Assembly: GCA_040954595.2 (NCBI GenBank)
Contig: CM082590.2
Span: forward strand, 5,208,001-5,272,000
Origin: Balanoglossus misakiensis
Taxonomy: Eukaryota; Animalia; Hemichordata
Direction: 5' to 3'
DNA: 64,000 nt
Both the position numbers and the translations under genes were made by a program. The notes beneath the pieces were generated by a model that saw nothing but the letters and a program-made list of their open reading frames with translations, searched no databases and was not told the DNA's origin. Shown one piece after another: positions 1-12,227 of this stretch; the stretch's first letter is position 1; every line of letters starts with the position of its first letter.

Positions 1-30
1 TAGGAAAGTAAGAAAACATGTCGTTTAAGG

Positions 31-570
31 CTTGTTATTTTCAGAGACGGTTAAGAACATGATGGGATATAAATACATACATTTTTTTTAAAGTTGTTAC
101 CTGTACAGTAATGCCAGTAGCTATTGATACAAACTAGGTAATTCATAAATCTTACATGGACATTTTTGTTATATTGCCACTTTATTTTTGGCACACCAGT
201 TGATTTATTCTTGAAGATTTCACATAAGGTCTTCAATATGTTTTAGAGTAATGATTGGCGATCTCCAAACAGGGTACACTTTTAAGATCGACCTACTCCA
301 AGTGTGTAAAATCTGATTTAATAACATGCATCCACTGTTCATGTAATACATGGGCAAGTTTAAATTAGGGACCAGTGTTTATCACTTACCTTAGCTTCAT
401 TTCTCTTCATGATTGCATTGGTTCATTTCCTGTAGATTATTGTGCATGTTACAACAGATTGACTTCAAAAGTACTGCATTTTAAAGTCGCCAGTACTTAG
501 GAAGTACACCTATTGGACAGCACTTTAAACCACTGCATCTTCTTCAAAACATGTATGTATTTATTGAGTG
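31..570 (+). repeat. ~540-bp direct repeat, copy 1 (copy 2 at ~4455-4991)
   Basis: Near-identical from cttgttattttcagagac to catgtatgtatttattgagtg in both places. Confidence 0.9.
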
Positions 571-614
571 CATGTTAGTGTGTGTCAGTGTTATGATAAT
601 ATTAATAATAATTA

Positions 615-990
615 TAATGTTACAAAGATGTTATAAATAAATAAGTACATTGAAAATAATCTGTTGAAAAGTATACGTATTACATTACAACATTACAAAT
701 ATTAAATAAGTGACTTAATAATAATGCTTTTCAAAAAGATATGTTACAGAGACATTATAAATAAATAAGTACTTTGAAAATGATCTGTTGAAACGTATAC
801 ATATTACATTATAACATATTACAAATATTAAATAAGCGACTTAATAGTAATGTTTTTCAAAAAGATATGTTACAGAGACATTATAAATAAATAAGTACAT
901 TGAAAATGATCTGTCGAAAAGTATAAATTCTACAATACAACATATTACAAATATTAAATAAGTTCAAAAAGATATATTACAAAGACATTT
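615..990. repeat. AT-rich tandem repeat, ~125-bp unit, ~3 copies
   Basis: ttataaataaataagtac(a/t)ttgaaaat recurs at ~632, ~755 and ~881. Confidence 0.8.
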
Positions 991-1026
991 AATATGTAAG
1001 AATACGTGTGTGTATATGTGTGTTTG

Positions 1027-2304
1027 TTAGTTTGTCTTTGAAGTTGCTTTTTCTCTCTTATCTACCCTATTAATTCTGTCCTTTCTTATTCTTAATTGAC
1101 GTATGGACACGGTGGCAAATTTGTTTGGTTGAGAATTCCGCCATTTCATCAGCCAAAGTTGGGTTGTCTTCTTGTACTTTTCAACATCTTTGCTGCTAAC
1201 TTTACCAACTGCTATCTCTTCTGCAAACATTTCTTTAAGGGCTTGCTAAAAGTGCGACGGCCGTGTTTAATACTTTGGCCTGAAGTTTGACTTATATTGT
1301 CCCCCCCCCCCCCTGTACCAGGGCTGCCAGTCATCTCCACACCACCCTCATCTGTATTGTCAACAAAAGGCCTTTTGGATATGGTCAGTTTTGAAAACAA
1401 CTGATATGGGTGGTGGTCAATGCTGGGTGGTTACTATGCTTCCCACTGAACTCTCATCATTTTCATATTGCTCAGTTGCAACACAATTCACGCGTTGAAT
1501 AGGTAACACTCGCAGATTCCTGCACACCTTTTGTCATGGCATAAAAAGATGCCTGTGTGTGGGAACTATGTGCCATGTGTGACGTGAGGGGCACTGCAAG
1601 ATCAGGATCGTTCAGCAAAACGTATGTAACGATAGATTTGCGTAAAATTGTTGTGGTCAGTTCTTTTGAAATGACATCCACGAATCGTCAGGCAGCTCTC
1701 AGCGCTTTCGCGAACAAACTCGAGTTAAAATCCCCGCCATGATGCATCCTGAACAACCTGGTAGAGTTATCATTCCCCCTCCCCCTCACAAAAGGGTAAT
1801 ACGTGTTCAATATACATCATAGCCAGTTTATACAGTGTAGACGAGAAAACAATTCTCGTGGGCCCTGATGTTGCTGAAGTTTTATTTGCCGCAATAGTCA
1901 CAACCAACCTCTTGTCAGTCTCTTTGGCTGCTCTAACATCCCCAACTGTTAAGTTTTTTATAGGCACAATTTCTTTGCGCATTGTCTAGGACTAGTTGCA
2001 CTATAATGTGGCCTGACATTAAACAAAAATCTTCTCGTGAAACGTGTGGTCTGCCCTCCCCCACACAGCTAAACTCCACAAAAGCCTTGTTGGCGTGGAT
2101 CACCACTTCGCACATCTCATAGGATGAAATCTCCTCAGGAGTCAAGATCTTCTCCTGTTCTGCATCCTGAAAAACACTTCCCCTTAATTTTACTTCTTTT
2201 GTCAGACTCTGAGCCCAACGGCTACACTGATCTATCACACCAGTTTGTTTATTTCTTAGGCTTTCACTCTGATTGTTCAATATGTTGATTTTTTTAATAT
2301 ACAC
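1027..2304 (-). pseudogene. Disrupted tyrosine recombinase (Crypton-like DNA transposon)
   Basis: Three consecutive minus-strand ORF pieces carry YR motifs in the right order: LVLDNAQR (Arg I), NKT...GP (Lys), TTILRK (HxxR equivalent), HMAHS..T...FY (His and catalytic Tyr). The frame is broken near 1980 and 1770. The 1027-1470 part is assigned tentatively. Confidence 0.75.
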
Positions 2305-2549
2305 TTTGCTTTTTTAAGATTATTTTTTTATTTTAAGCATTTCAAAGATGAAACTTTGGGTAGACCATTATGAGATGTTATAGAATATTGAAAAGTTTAC
2401 ACTTTTAAGATTGGACACCATTAAATATTTCAAATAATGCTGCAAAATAGACTGAAATAACTCCCATTGACTTAACATGTATAAAAACAAAAGACTAAGT
2501 TTTTGGGGACACTTGGAGATTTTTTTATGTTGAAAACTCGGCGAAAAAC

Positions 2550-2910
2550 GGGTTGTTTTATGCTTATTCTAACGAATATCTTAAAATCCAATATATGGTT
2601 TTTAAGCTCAGATTCTGGGCTCTCTAACCCTGGCAACTGTTTTCCAAAAATCATAGAAATAAAATCAGAGAGCCAACGATTAAAATTTGTTACGATCATA
2701 TTTTGCACTCACTTCCGGGTTTCGGCGAATTGCAGACAAATACTTTTTATAAAAGGCTTCGTTTTATGCTTATTCTAACAATTATCTAACAATCCAATAT
2801 ATGGTTTTAAAGCTTAGAATCTTGGCTCTCTAACCGCTGAAACCGTTTTTCAAAAATCGTAGAATTGAAATCAGGGAGCCAACGATTACAATTTGTTATG
2901 GTCTTTTTTC
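2550..2910 (+). repeat. Two-copy tandem repeat, ~205-bp unit
   Basis: ttttatgcttattctaac...atccaatatatggtttt...gagccaacgatta at ~2556 and ~2762. Confidence 0.75.
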
Positions 2911-3283
2911 GTGTGTAGGGTTAGGTACTTATGGATTTTGGCGACAGGCAAAATCCTCACATTTTTTAGGTTAAGTTTACATCACTTCTGACTCACTTAG
3001 AGTGGGCCGTTCTTTAAAGTGTAACGTGTTTTGAAATCGTCAATTACTGCTCTAAAACATGTTAAAGACTCGAGTTGGTATCTTTTAGAATAAATTAATA
3101 GGTTTACTAAAAATAAAGTGATGTTTAAGTGATTCTTTTGTTTTTATGCATGTTAAAGAATAGGACAAATTATAATATTTGTGACCCTATCCTGATTTGT
3201 ACAATGAAAGTAGCTTGAGTACTGTTTTTTTCAGGATGTATAGACATTTGAATTCTCTATGCTATAGTACATTATTTTTTTTA

Positions 3284-4200
3284 ATGCAGACAAGAAGTTA
3301 TAAAACTGTAATTATGAAAAATAATGTCAGTGCCCCATAGGCTTTACACTGTAGACAACAGGGTGTCATAGGTTAAAATTTTGGAAAGTAAGAAAACATG
3401 TTGTTTAAACCTTGTTATTTTCAGAATGTGTAAAGAACATGATGGGATACTCCATACATTTTTTTTAAAGTTGTTACATGTACAGCAATGCCAGTAGCTA
3501 TTGAGTCAAAATAGGTAATTCATATATCTCACAATGACATTTTGGTTATATTGCCATGTGTTTGCAAAGTTGCTATAAACACTTAGCATTGTCCAATTTA
3601 AAAACAATTTTCTGTTTTGAAAAGGGTATAAAAAACTACATAACAGATTGAAGAATCAAATTGATAGTGTTAGGAATAAGGAAACCGCATTGTTCCAAGA
3701 AAGGCGCTGTCAATCGACAAAGTAGACAATGCTGTTTGACCCCTTTAACAGCATATATTATCACCCAAAATTGACATTGTTTGTACCACTGTGGTTTCTT
3801 ATTTATTCAGCAATGAAGTTCACACTTTAACAATATTTTAAATACATATTGTTCTTTATAATACATATGAAACAGTTTTAAAATCGGATGATTCTAAGTG
3901 TTTAAACCAACTTTGCAAACATATATTGCAATATAACAAAAATGTCATTGTCAGATTTATGAATTGCCTATTTTGATTCAATACCTATTGGCATTACTCT
4001 TCATGTAACAACTTTAAAAAACATGTATGGAGTATCCCATCATGTTCTTAACACATTCTGAAAATAACAAGCATTAAACAACATGTTTTCTTACTTTCCT
4101 AAATTTTTACCTATGACACCCTGTTTTCTATATTGTAAAGCCTATTGTTCACTAACATTTTGTTTCATAATTATACTTTTATAACTTCTTGTCTACATTG
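3284..4200. repeat. Long inverted repeat, arms ~3284-3572 and ~3908-4200, ~335-bp spacer
   Basis: aagaacatgatgggatactccataca (~3433) is the reverse complement of tgtatggagtatcccatcatgttctt (~4024), and the match extends ~290 bp. The arms are homologous to the 1-180 and 4455-4600 repeat. Confidence 0.85.
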
Positions 4201-4454
4201 TCTCATTTAGAGTGGGCCGATCTTTAAAGTGTAATCTGTTTTGAAATCGTCAACTACGGCTCTAAAACATATTGAAGACCTGATGTGGTATCCTTAAGAA
4301 TACATTAATATTTGTGCCAACAAAAAAAGTGATGTGTAAGTGATTCTTTTGTTTTTATTCATGTTAAAGAATAGTACAAATGATAAAATATAAGACCCTA
4401 CCCTAAGATGTACAATAAAGGAGATTAAGTACTGATTTTTTCATGAATAATAAG

Positions 4455-4991
4455 CTTGTTATTTTCAGAGACTGTTAAGATCATGATGGGATACTACATA
4501 CATTTTTTTAAAGTTGTTACGTGTACAGTAATGCCAGTAGCTATTGATACAAACTAGGTAATTCATAAATCTCACATGGACATTTTTGTTATATTGCCAC
4601 TTTATTTTTGGCACACCAGTTGATTTATTCTTGAAGATTACACATTGGGTCTTGAATATGTTTTAGAGTAATAATTAGCGATCTCCAAACAGGGTACACT
4701 TTTAAGATCGACCTACTCCAAGTGTGTTAAATCTGATTTAATAACATGCATCCACTGTTCATGTAATACATGGGCAAGTTTAAATTAGGGACCAGTGTTT
4801 ATCACTTACCCTTAGCTTCATTTCTCTTCATGATTGCATTGGTTCATTTCCTGTAGATTATTGTGCATGTTACAACAGATTGACTTCAAAAGTACTGCAT
4901 TTTAAAGTCGCCAGTACTTAGGAAGTACACCTATTGGGCAGCACTTTAAACCACTGCATCTTCTTCAAAACATGTATGTATTTATTGAGTG
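4455..4991 (+). repeat. ~540-bp direct repeat, copy 2, ending at the LINE junction
   Basis: Matches 31-570; similarity stops at ttgagtg|attggc where the LINE ORF begins. 4205-4445 also repeats ~2995-3240. Confidence 0.85.
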
Positions 4992-6150
4992 ATTGGCTAA
5001 TCAAGCTAACAAGGCGTTGACCCTGCTGTCAGTTGCCAGGTGGAAACTAGAGTATTTGCAATTTGAATGTCACTTCAAGGTGTTTGATGCCATGATCTTA
5101 CCCATTCTCTGTTATGGATCGGAGATTTGGGGTTTTCAGTTTTATGACATCTTAGAAAAAGGCAAAGAACGTGGTGCAAGATTTTTCTAGGTGTGCCAAG
5201 GAGCACTACCAATGAAGCTGTAATTGGAGAATGTGGGCGGTTGCCAGTGTATGTTCACACAATGAAACGTTGTATTCGTTACTGGGTGAAACTTTTTGAG
5301 ATGCCACAGGAAAGACTCCCTAGGCAAGCATATTTAATGCTATGTAATCTTGACCGTTTAGGCCGTCACACTTGGGCAACATCGGTGAAACACATTTTAT
5401 TTTTGTATGGGTTCGGGCACGCCTGGATTTCCCAGGAAATAGGCAATAAGCGTTTGTTCCTTTCAGCATTTGAGACAAGAATTTCAGATATTTTGAAGCA
5501 ACAATGGAAGTCCCACTGTTCGTCCAAAACCAAACTCCGTACATACACACTTTTTAAATCATTGTTACAGCCTGAAAAATATCTCAATGTCAACTGTACA
5601 CGAAATGTCAAACAAATTTTTGCATGTTTTCGCTGTTCTGCCCTTCCTCTTGCAATAGAGGAGGAAAGACATCTGAACGTGGACGTTTCAGAGAGACACT
5701 GTAGGCTATGCTCTGGTGAACAAATAGAAGACGAGTATCACTTTTTACTTGTTTGCCCCTTATATGATAATCTTAGAAAACAATATATTGGTGACATTAA
5801 GAATCCTCACTTCCAAATGGTTGTAAACTTCATGAGTGCATCAGAATCCTCCAAGATTCTTTCGCTATGTAATTATGTTTACAATGCTTTTAAACTTAGA
5901 GAAACTGTGTTAAAAAACCATGAATCCATACAATAAGCTGTTAAGTTTCTCACTTTGTATCCTGAGTATGTAATTCCACACATTTGCTTTTTGATGTTGT
6001 CACTTGTACTATTTAAGTACATGTATTATTTAATTCATTTTTGTACAATCTTCTTATTACCTTTATACCCCCGTGCTTATGGGCTGGAGGCCTTGGAAAG
6101 CAATAAACGTGCACTGTTGTGCACCTGAACTGAACAACAACAACAACAAC
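4992..6150 (+). mobile_element. 5'-truncated non-LTR retrotransposon (LINE, probably RTE-X-like): ORF2 C-terminus plus 3' UTR
   Basis: Post-RT motifs PILCYGSEIWG and GECGRLP, and C-terminal zinc knuckle CRLC...EDEYHFLLVCP. Frameshift at ~5190. AATAAA at ~6102 followed by (ctgaa)2 and (caa)n tail. Clade assignment is tentative. Confidence 0.85.
5193..5936 (+). pseudogene. LINE ORF2 C-terminal fragment with CCHC zinc knuckle
   Basis: 247-aa open stretch that continues the 4993-5190 piece after a frameshift; no RT core or endonuclease upstream. Confidence 0.8.
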
Positions 6151-6400
6151 CAGACAAACAAACAATCAATCAACAACAAAAACATAATTATTCACCCCAG
6201 GAAAATCAGTTTAGAGCCAAAAGTACTATTTCTTCTCTATAATCAGAAAAGTTGTTTGTACTTAGTTGAGTCATCAGCCTTTCTATTCTGTTTTAGAAAA
6301 CGAAAACATACGAGCATGTTTTCCCATTCTGAGCGTTTTTGGCCTTTAAATTTTCATCATTGCTGGTGCTGGACATACACTGAATAAATTCAGACGTTAC

Positions 6401-6811
6401 CTGCATCTGCAGTGCAGTTCTTCGTCCCTGCCTGAGCAGCAGTGGTACCAAAATCAGCACAGGCCATGTTGTTGGTGACGTCATCATCCGTCACTGTGAT
6501 TGAACCACAGACTTTGGTGTAGGCATCGCAGTTAGTAGCGTCGAGGGTAAGTGACGCCACTAGATAAGCGTAGCTTCCGGACACCGTTACTGCTGTCCCA
6601 TCAGGTGCATTTGTCCCAGTCGCGGTCACTTCGGTTGATTTCGTGGAGCCATTGGCATTGCTGAAATACACTTTGACGTCACTAGGCGACCCCCCATTTC
6701 CAGTTACTGTATATGCCAATGTGAAAGTGGTGGAGACGGATTCTCCAACGCGGAATATCCCACTTGCAGGAGCAGGCGATGTTACCGTCAATGTCGAAGC
6801 AGCAATATCAT
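6401..6811 (-). CDS. Exon (411 bp, phase 1-1) encoding an uncharacterised Thr-rich Ig/CARDB-like extracellular domain with 4 Cys
   Basis: ttttAG acceptor at 6813-6812 and GTaac donor at 6400-6399; open frame; strong similarity to the exon at 7739-8140 (TTFTLAYTVTG, VKxYFSNAxGSTKS, NCxAYTKxC, ITVTDDDxTNNxACxDFG, AGTKxC). Confidence 0.8.
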
Positions 6812-7059
6812 CTAAAAAGGAAGACACGGTGTTGCTCAGTTACTTTGCACTTTCATTTGTGTTTCAAATTTAAATGGAGAAAGTCTCTCTCTCTCGCCGC
6901 CATCGTACTGATTTGCACTGGTTTGGTCTGAGGGTCTCCTCATATAGGCCCTACTGATTAACACACACTTGGCAGTCTAACAGGCCTGGGAGCCAGGATT
7001 CTAGGCACCCTGGAAATCAAACCAGTTTCAACCGACTTGGCAGTGTTAGGGTTAATTAA

Positions 7060-7395
7060 AGGGACAAAATCACTCTCTCGCTGCCCTTTTTCCATTAATT
7101 ATGTTTGATACACCGTTTATGTTATTCTATATGTGGATATATAGTGAATCAACGTTCGCACACATCTTCCATCCCGTTTGTAGGATATGGGAGTAAAAAT
7201 CTCGCCAAAATGAATAAATAGCAGATACCGATTATTCATTTTGGCGAGTTGTTCACTCTTATGTCTATAAGTGGGATGAAAGTTGTGTGTGATTGAAAAT
7301 TGATTCGCTATAACCACATTGTATAATTACATTAACATTGTCTGCTATCAAACATAATTAATGGCAAACGGGCAGCGAGAGGGGGCTTTGTCCCT
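7060..7395. mobile_element. Kolobok-type MITE, family K1 (AGGGACAAA TIR)
   Basis: TTAA on both sides; termini AG...CT; long imperfect TIRs (ctctcgctgccc / gggcagcgagag). Confidence 0.85.
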
Positions 7396-7738
7396 TTAAT
7401 GTGCATGCATGTCACCACCGTCCAATAACAATCAGATACGATAAAGGAATATTCATGTTTTCCAAACATTCTGCAGTTATGTAAATGTATTTCTTAGAGA
7501 CAATTGAGCTTATTTTGTCTGTTAGTATATTAAGATAACATTCATGACTAATTGCCAAAAAATTAAAGAAAGCTCAGTACAGTCAGAAATTCAGGCAATT
7601 TTAAAAAAAGAAAGTGAAATATTTCAATGAAAAAGAAAACTATAATGTCTCAGTGGAGTACATTTACATCCATTTGTTTTAGTGGCCAGATCACGTGATT
7701 GATAGTAAAGAATAGTTCCGCAATAATTTAATACTCAC

Positions 7739-8140
7739 TACAGATTTTGGTGCCGGCTTTGTCAGCGCCAGCGCCAAAGTCAACACACGCCTCGTTGTTG
7801 GTGGCGTCATCATCCGTCACTGTGATGGCAGCACACAGTTTGGTGTATGCGGCACAGTTAGCGGTGTAGAGTATTAGCGAAGCCGTGAGGTCCCGGAAAC
7901 TCCCAGAAGCTCCATATTGTATAGTGCCGCGCGGTGCATCCATACCACCTGCCGTGACTTCACCCGACTTTGTTGAGCCGTCAGCGTTGCTGAAGTAGAT
8001 CTTCACAGCGCTAGGTGTTGCTCCAGCCCCTGTTACAGTATATGCAAGTGTAAAGGTGGTAAATACACCCGTCCCATCTGTAAATCCACCTGTTATTGGG
8101 TCTGGTACGGTTACCGTTAATGTTGTCGCTGCCATGTCAT
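7739..8140 (-). CDS. Exon (402 bp, phase 1-1), paralogous Ig/CARDB-like domain
   Basis: tttcAG acceptor at 8142-8141 and GTgagt donor at 7738-7737; open frame; repeat of the 6401-6811 domain. Confidence 0.8.
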
Positions 8141-8404
8141 CTGAAACACGAAACAAACAACACTGATTTCTACATTTGTACATAATTAAATATTAATTCG
8201 AAATTGATGACGCATTTATTTGTTATTATCACTATTTACTGGTTTGTTCCCACCTGCTTGTGTTTAACAGTGAGGGTATGACGAGTCTTCAGGGTCTATT
8301 TAACTAGTGGAAATACATGGACCGATTTTTATTGTGTGACCGGAACTACTTTCGGGAATTGATCGGCTGGCTGGTACACAGCGTGAACGGTTACGCCCAG
8401 TGAT

Positions 8405-8630
8405 CAGTATACACATGATGACTGACAATGAGGGCAACAGTATACACATGATGACTGACAATGAGGGCAACAGTATACACATGATGACTGACAATGAGGG
8501 CAACAGTGTATTTTTGATGACTGAGGGCGCTGCTAGTCACAACTAAAACAGTCTGCTTTGGTGTGACTGGCAGTCCTAAGGTCATCAAAAATACACTGTT
8601 GCCCGAATATGTCAGTCATCATGTGTTTTA
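8405..8630. repeat. 33-bp minisatellite (~3.5 copies) with a downstream inverted copy
   Basis: cagtatacacatgatgactgacaatgagggcaa x3; inverted ctgttgccc...tgtcagtcatcatgtgt at ~8596-8626. Confidence 0.85.
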
Positions 8631-9074
8631 TAACACACCAAAAACGGAATTATATCAAGACGGGGCAACAGTACCGGGCAGAAACCGATTGAACTGATGC
8701 CAAAGAGAACAGTTCGAAATTACTAAGGTGACGGCGTATTGACGAATCACGATCGAGGGTTCGCTGCATGGTGTGTTATAATGTTGTTTATTTGATTTAT
8801 TTACCATTTAAAAATTGACAACACATTAAAATACATTGAAACAGTCTTCCTCTGGTGCCTCGATAACACAGAAATTCGTTGAAAACTATATATTAGATAC
8901 AACATGGAGCTATAAGCGAGATACATTCATGCTAAGACTATGACAAATAATCGCAAATCGAAGAGATTGCAAAAGATTAAACAGTTAATTTACCTAATGA
9001 AAATATCTTGACTAAAACTAGTTTCTAAAAATTGATAAAACCTAACACACGAAAAGCCTTACCATGAGACATGG

Positions 9075-9515
9075 ACGGATTGTTTTATTACTTTTTATTA
9101 ATTAATTTACCTTACTGTGGAATTCTGGTCGGTGCAGCATTTGACCAAAATAAAAAGTAAAATTTTGGTGTTACCTGTGACACCTGCTTATCTCATTAAT
9201 TATGTACATATCGAATTCCAGGATAACCAATATGGCTAGAGGTCTGGTTTATGTTGGACATGAACCAGTATGGGGTCAAAAAATTTTGCCGAAATTTTGG
9301 GTGACCTTAGGTGACCCTGACCTACTTTCCCATATCTCGGCATCCAGAGCACATACAGCCTTGGCATTTGGAGGGATGGAACACCTAATGGAGTCTCACA
9401 CTTGACCTCATCCACTGTTATGGTGCGCGAATTCGATGGTTGACCTATGTTGACCTCATTCACGCCATGTGCCAGTTTGGCGAGGGCCCCGCTACTGCTG
9501 CTTGCAGCTATATTT
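9075..9515 (+). mobile_element. Solo 5'-truncated Helentron-like element related to array family B
   Basis: Shares tgtggaattctggtc, acctgtgacacctgc and ctcattaattatgt with the array; ends gagggccccgctactgctgcttgcagctatatt. Confidence 0.8.
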
Positions 9516-10138
9516 TTTTTGCAGTGTATACATACCTGGAATTTGAGCCTGGCATATAGACAGGAAACCGAGTAGGGAAACGAGAGCCAGTGGCAGACAG
9601 AGGGACCTGTGATTGATTGAATGAATGCAAAGAAAAGGAGTGAAACATTACAAACATGCAGCGTCAGACACATCTTGTGTTTCTCTCGTCTGTATTCAAT
9701 ACACGCAATTTGTTCAAGGAAATACCTTCATTAAAGGCCCATTTCTCGATCCCAGGGCAGAACAATGGATTCAAACATGAAAGCCTTTGTCTTAGCACGT
9801 AACTGTTTCTGGAAACAAAAGATTTGACCCACTGTTGAGTAAGGCCTTTAAAGGCACACAAGCTGCATCTTTTGGGATAATTATCATATTTTTTTCAAAC
9901 TGTACAAACATTAGCCCATGCAAATGTACGCACTGAACTATATACAAGTATTAAAATCGCTAAATATGAGTGCTCTTTCCCAACCTAAGAAACGTGTACA
10001 TGGTGATAATATTCTACGTGGTAGAAGTTGATTGCGTGAAGGAATACAAAGGGACCCGCTGGCAACGTAAGTGGAATGGCATAAGGCGTAAGTACCGGAG
10101 GTTTTGTGAGTCCTTTACCGCTCCGATCCCCATATTAA

Positions 10139-10460
10139 AGGGACAAAGTCTCTGTCTCACTTAATTATGTTTGATTCAAGACACTGTTTATGTTATTCTA
10201 CATGTGGATATATAGCGAATCAATGTTCGACCACACACAACTTTCATCCCGTTTTTAGGATAAAGGCGTAAAAATGTAGCCAAAATGAATAAATGGTAAA
10301 CACCGATATTCATTTAGGCGAGTTTGTGTCTACAAGTTGGATTGAAGTTGTATGTGGTTGAACGTTGATTAACTATATATCCACATGTAGAATAACATAA
10401 ACAGTGTCTCTTATCAAATATTATTAATGGAAAAAGGGCAGCGAGAGAGACTTTGTCCCT
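10139..10460. mobile_element. Kolobok-type MITE, family K1
   Basis: TTAA-AGGGACAAAGTCTCT ... AGAGACTTTGTCCCT-TTAA. Confidence 0.85.
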
Positions 10461-11164
10461 TTAACAAAGTTTAAAGATAAAAAGTTCACCAAGTTCACGT
10501 AAAGCAAATGTTGAAGTTATCAATGCAGATATTTAACAAAAAAGACCAAAGCATCTGATCCATCACAACGATACTGAGTAAAATGAAAATGTCAGCAGGC
10601 GATATTTCGTCATGGCAGCAAAGAGTATGTTAGCCAAATAAAGCCACTGAATTTTGAAACCTACCCCATTTTTCAGCTTCAGTGTTACAACCAGCGATGT
10701 ATTTGGAAGTTGTCTTCAATGCAGAAGTGCGCGAACTACTGGGACGAGGGCAACAGAACTCTCTATATATAAACAGTGCAACAAAGTGTTTTGCATAACA
10801 AGACTGATTGGTTCGTTGCCAAAAAACCGAGATATACTTTCTGGGTTATACTGTACTATAAAGTGCACCTTTGAGTTTGGTGACCGTGAGTACACTTATG
10901 AAGTCGCGGTGTGATGAGCACGTTATTGTAAAAGAAACCGGGCTATGGTCAACAAACACTATTGTTTGGAATGCATTGTTTTGTGAGATAAACCACACAG
11001 ATGACTGTCCTTCATCATAAGAATGACCGACAACACGTACAGAGAGAATAAAAAAGTAGTTTCTTTCAATACACCACATCACTCATAAAGATAACTTCTG
11101 TACGGCACAGATCACGCGCAGAGGTCATGAAGTTCTACATATTCTTCTATATGTTCTTTGTCTC

Positions 11165-11525
11165 TGGCAAAATGAGATCTAGCCAATCACATATTTTCAG
11201 TGGGTGGCACATGCGAAAAAAAGAGCGCCACCATATGTTCTTTAGAACCCTCAAATACTCAATTTCAGCCATATATGGGCGTATGTAAATTGGAGGTGAC
11301 TGTATACCTTTAATCAATTGACTGTGTTTTTTATTCAATTGATGTTAAACGTATACAGTCTCCTCCAATTTACCAATTTACATACGCCCATATATGGCTG
11401 AAATGGTGTATTTGAGTGTTCTAAGGAACATATGGTGACGCTCTTTTTGTTCGCGTGTGCCACCCACTAGATCTCAATTTGCCATGGTAACTATAGCTAA
11501 TTTTCAATAGGTGACCGTATACCTT
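11165..11525. mobile_element. Two oppositely oriented Kolobok-type MITE pieces (AGGTATACAGTCACC TIR family) forming a palindrome
   Basis: 11165-11312 is the reverse complement of ~11345-11483; termini ggtgactgtatacct-ttaa (~11309) and ggtgaccgtatacct-ttaa (~11524). Confidence 0.7.
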
Positions 11526-12030
11526 TAATGGTGTTCGACTAGAAACAGTTCTACACCACCTGCACAAGATGATTGGTTTACAAAACAAGAATGAAAAGTC
11601 AGCTTTATAATGCTAAAACATAACAAAAAGTATCAATCAGATATATGTCGTTTGTTTTTTACATTACTTTCGTACGGCGTTTAGAGAGCCGGGGTGAAAG
11701 CGTTTATACATACTTATTATAGAAGGGACATAGCTGTATTTGTTGGTTTTGTTTTCAGCATTTTGTGTTCTGTGTACCAAATGCAACGTTTTGTTCTACT
11801 GCCAACAGAATGGTAATATATATCTAGTACTTCGCTTGTCACCATAGCCTGTAAGTGTGTAACTGCCATTGTTGTTGCTGACAAATGAATTCTAGTCCAG
11901 ACTAGAATGTTTATTCTGAACAATAACAATGCTGACTATACACATATAGGTTGTGTTGATAAGCTGGATACTGGGCATGTTATCATACTTCAGGCATTTG
12001 AACAAGAAACTGCAGAGGATACACAAAACA

Positions 12031-12227
12031 TGTAGAATAACACAAAATGTGTCTTGTATCAAACATAATTAATAGAATAAGGGCAGCGAGAGAGAGACTT
12101 TGTCCTGGGAGGTGTGTGTGGTCGAACATTGATTCACTATATATCCATATGTAGAATAACATAAACGATGTCTTGTATCAAACATAATTAATAGAAAAAA
12201 GGCCAGCGAGCGAGAGACTTTGTCCCT
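12031..12227. mobile_element. Partial K1 MITE, duplicated right end only
   Basis: Two successive right TIRs: actttgtcc|tgggaggtgtgtgtggtc...actttgtccct-ttaa. Confidence 0.75.

Noticed and set aside
7056-7399. piggyBac assignment for the TTAA-flanked MITEs
   Set aside because: Termini are AG...CT (purine start, as in Kolobok), not the CC...GG typical of piggyBac.
10755-10775. TATA-like element upstream of the repeated-domain exons
   Set aside because: Such motifs are common in AT-rich DNA and no transcript start can be shown.
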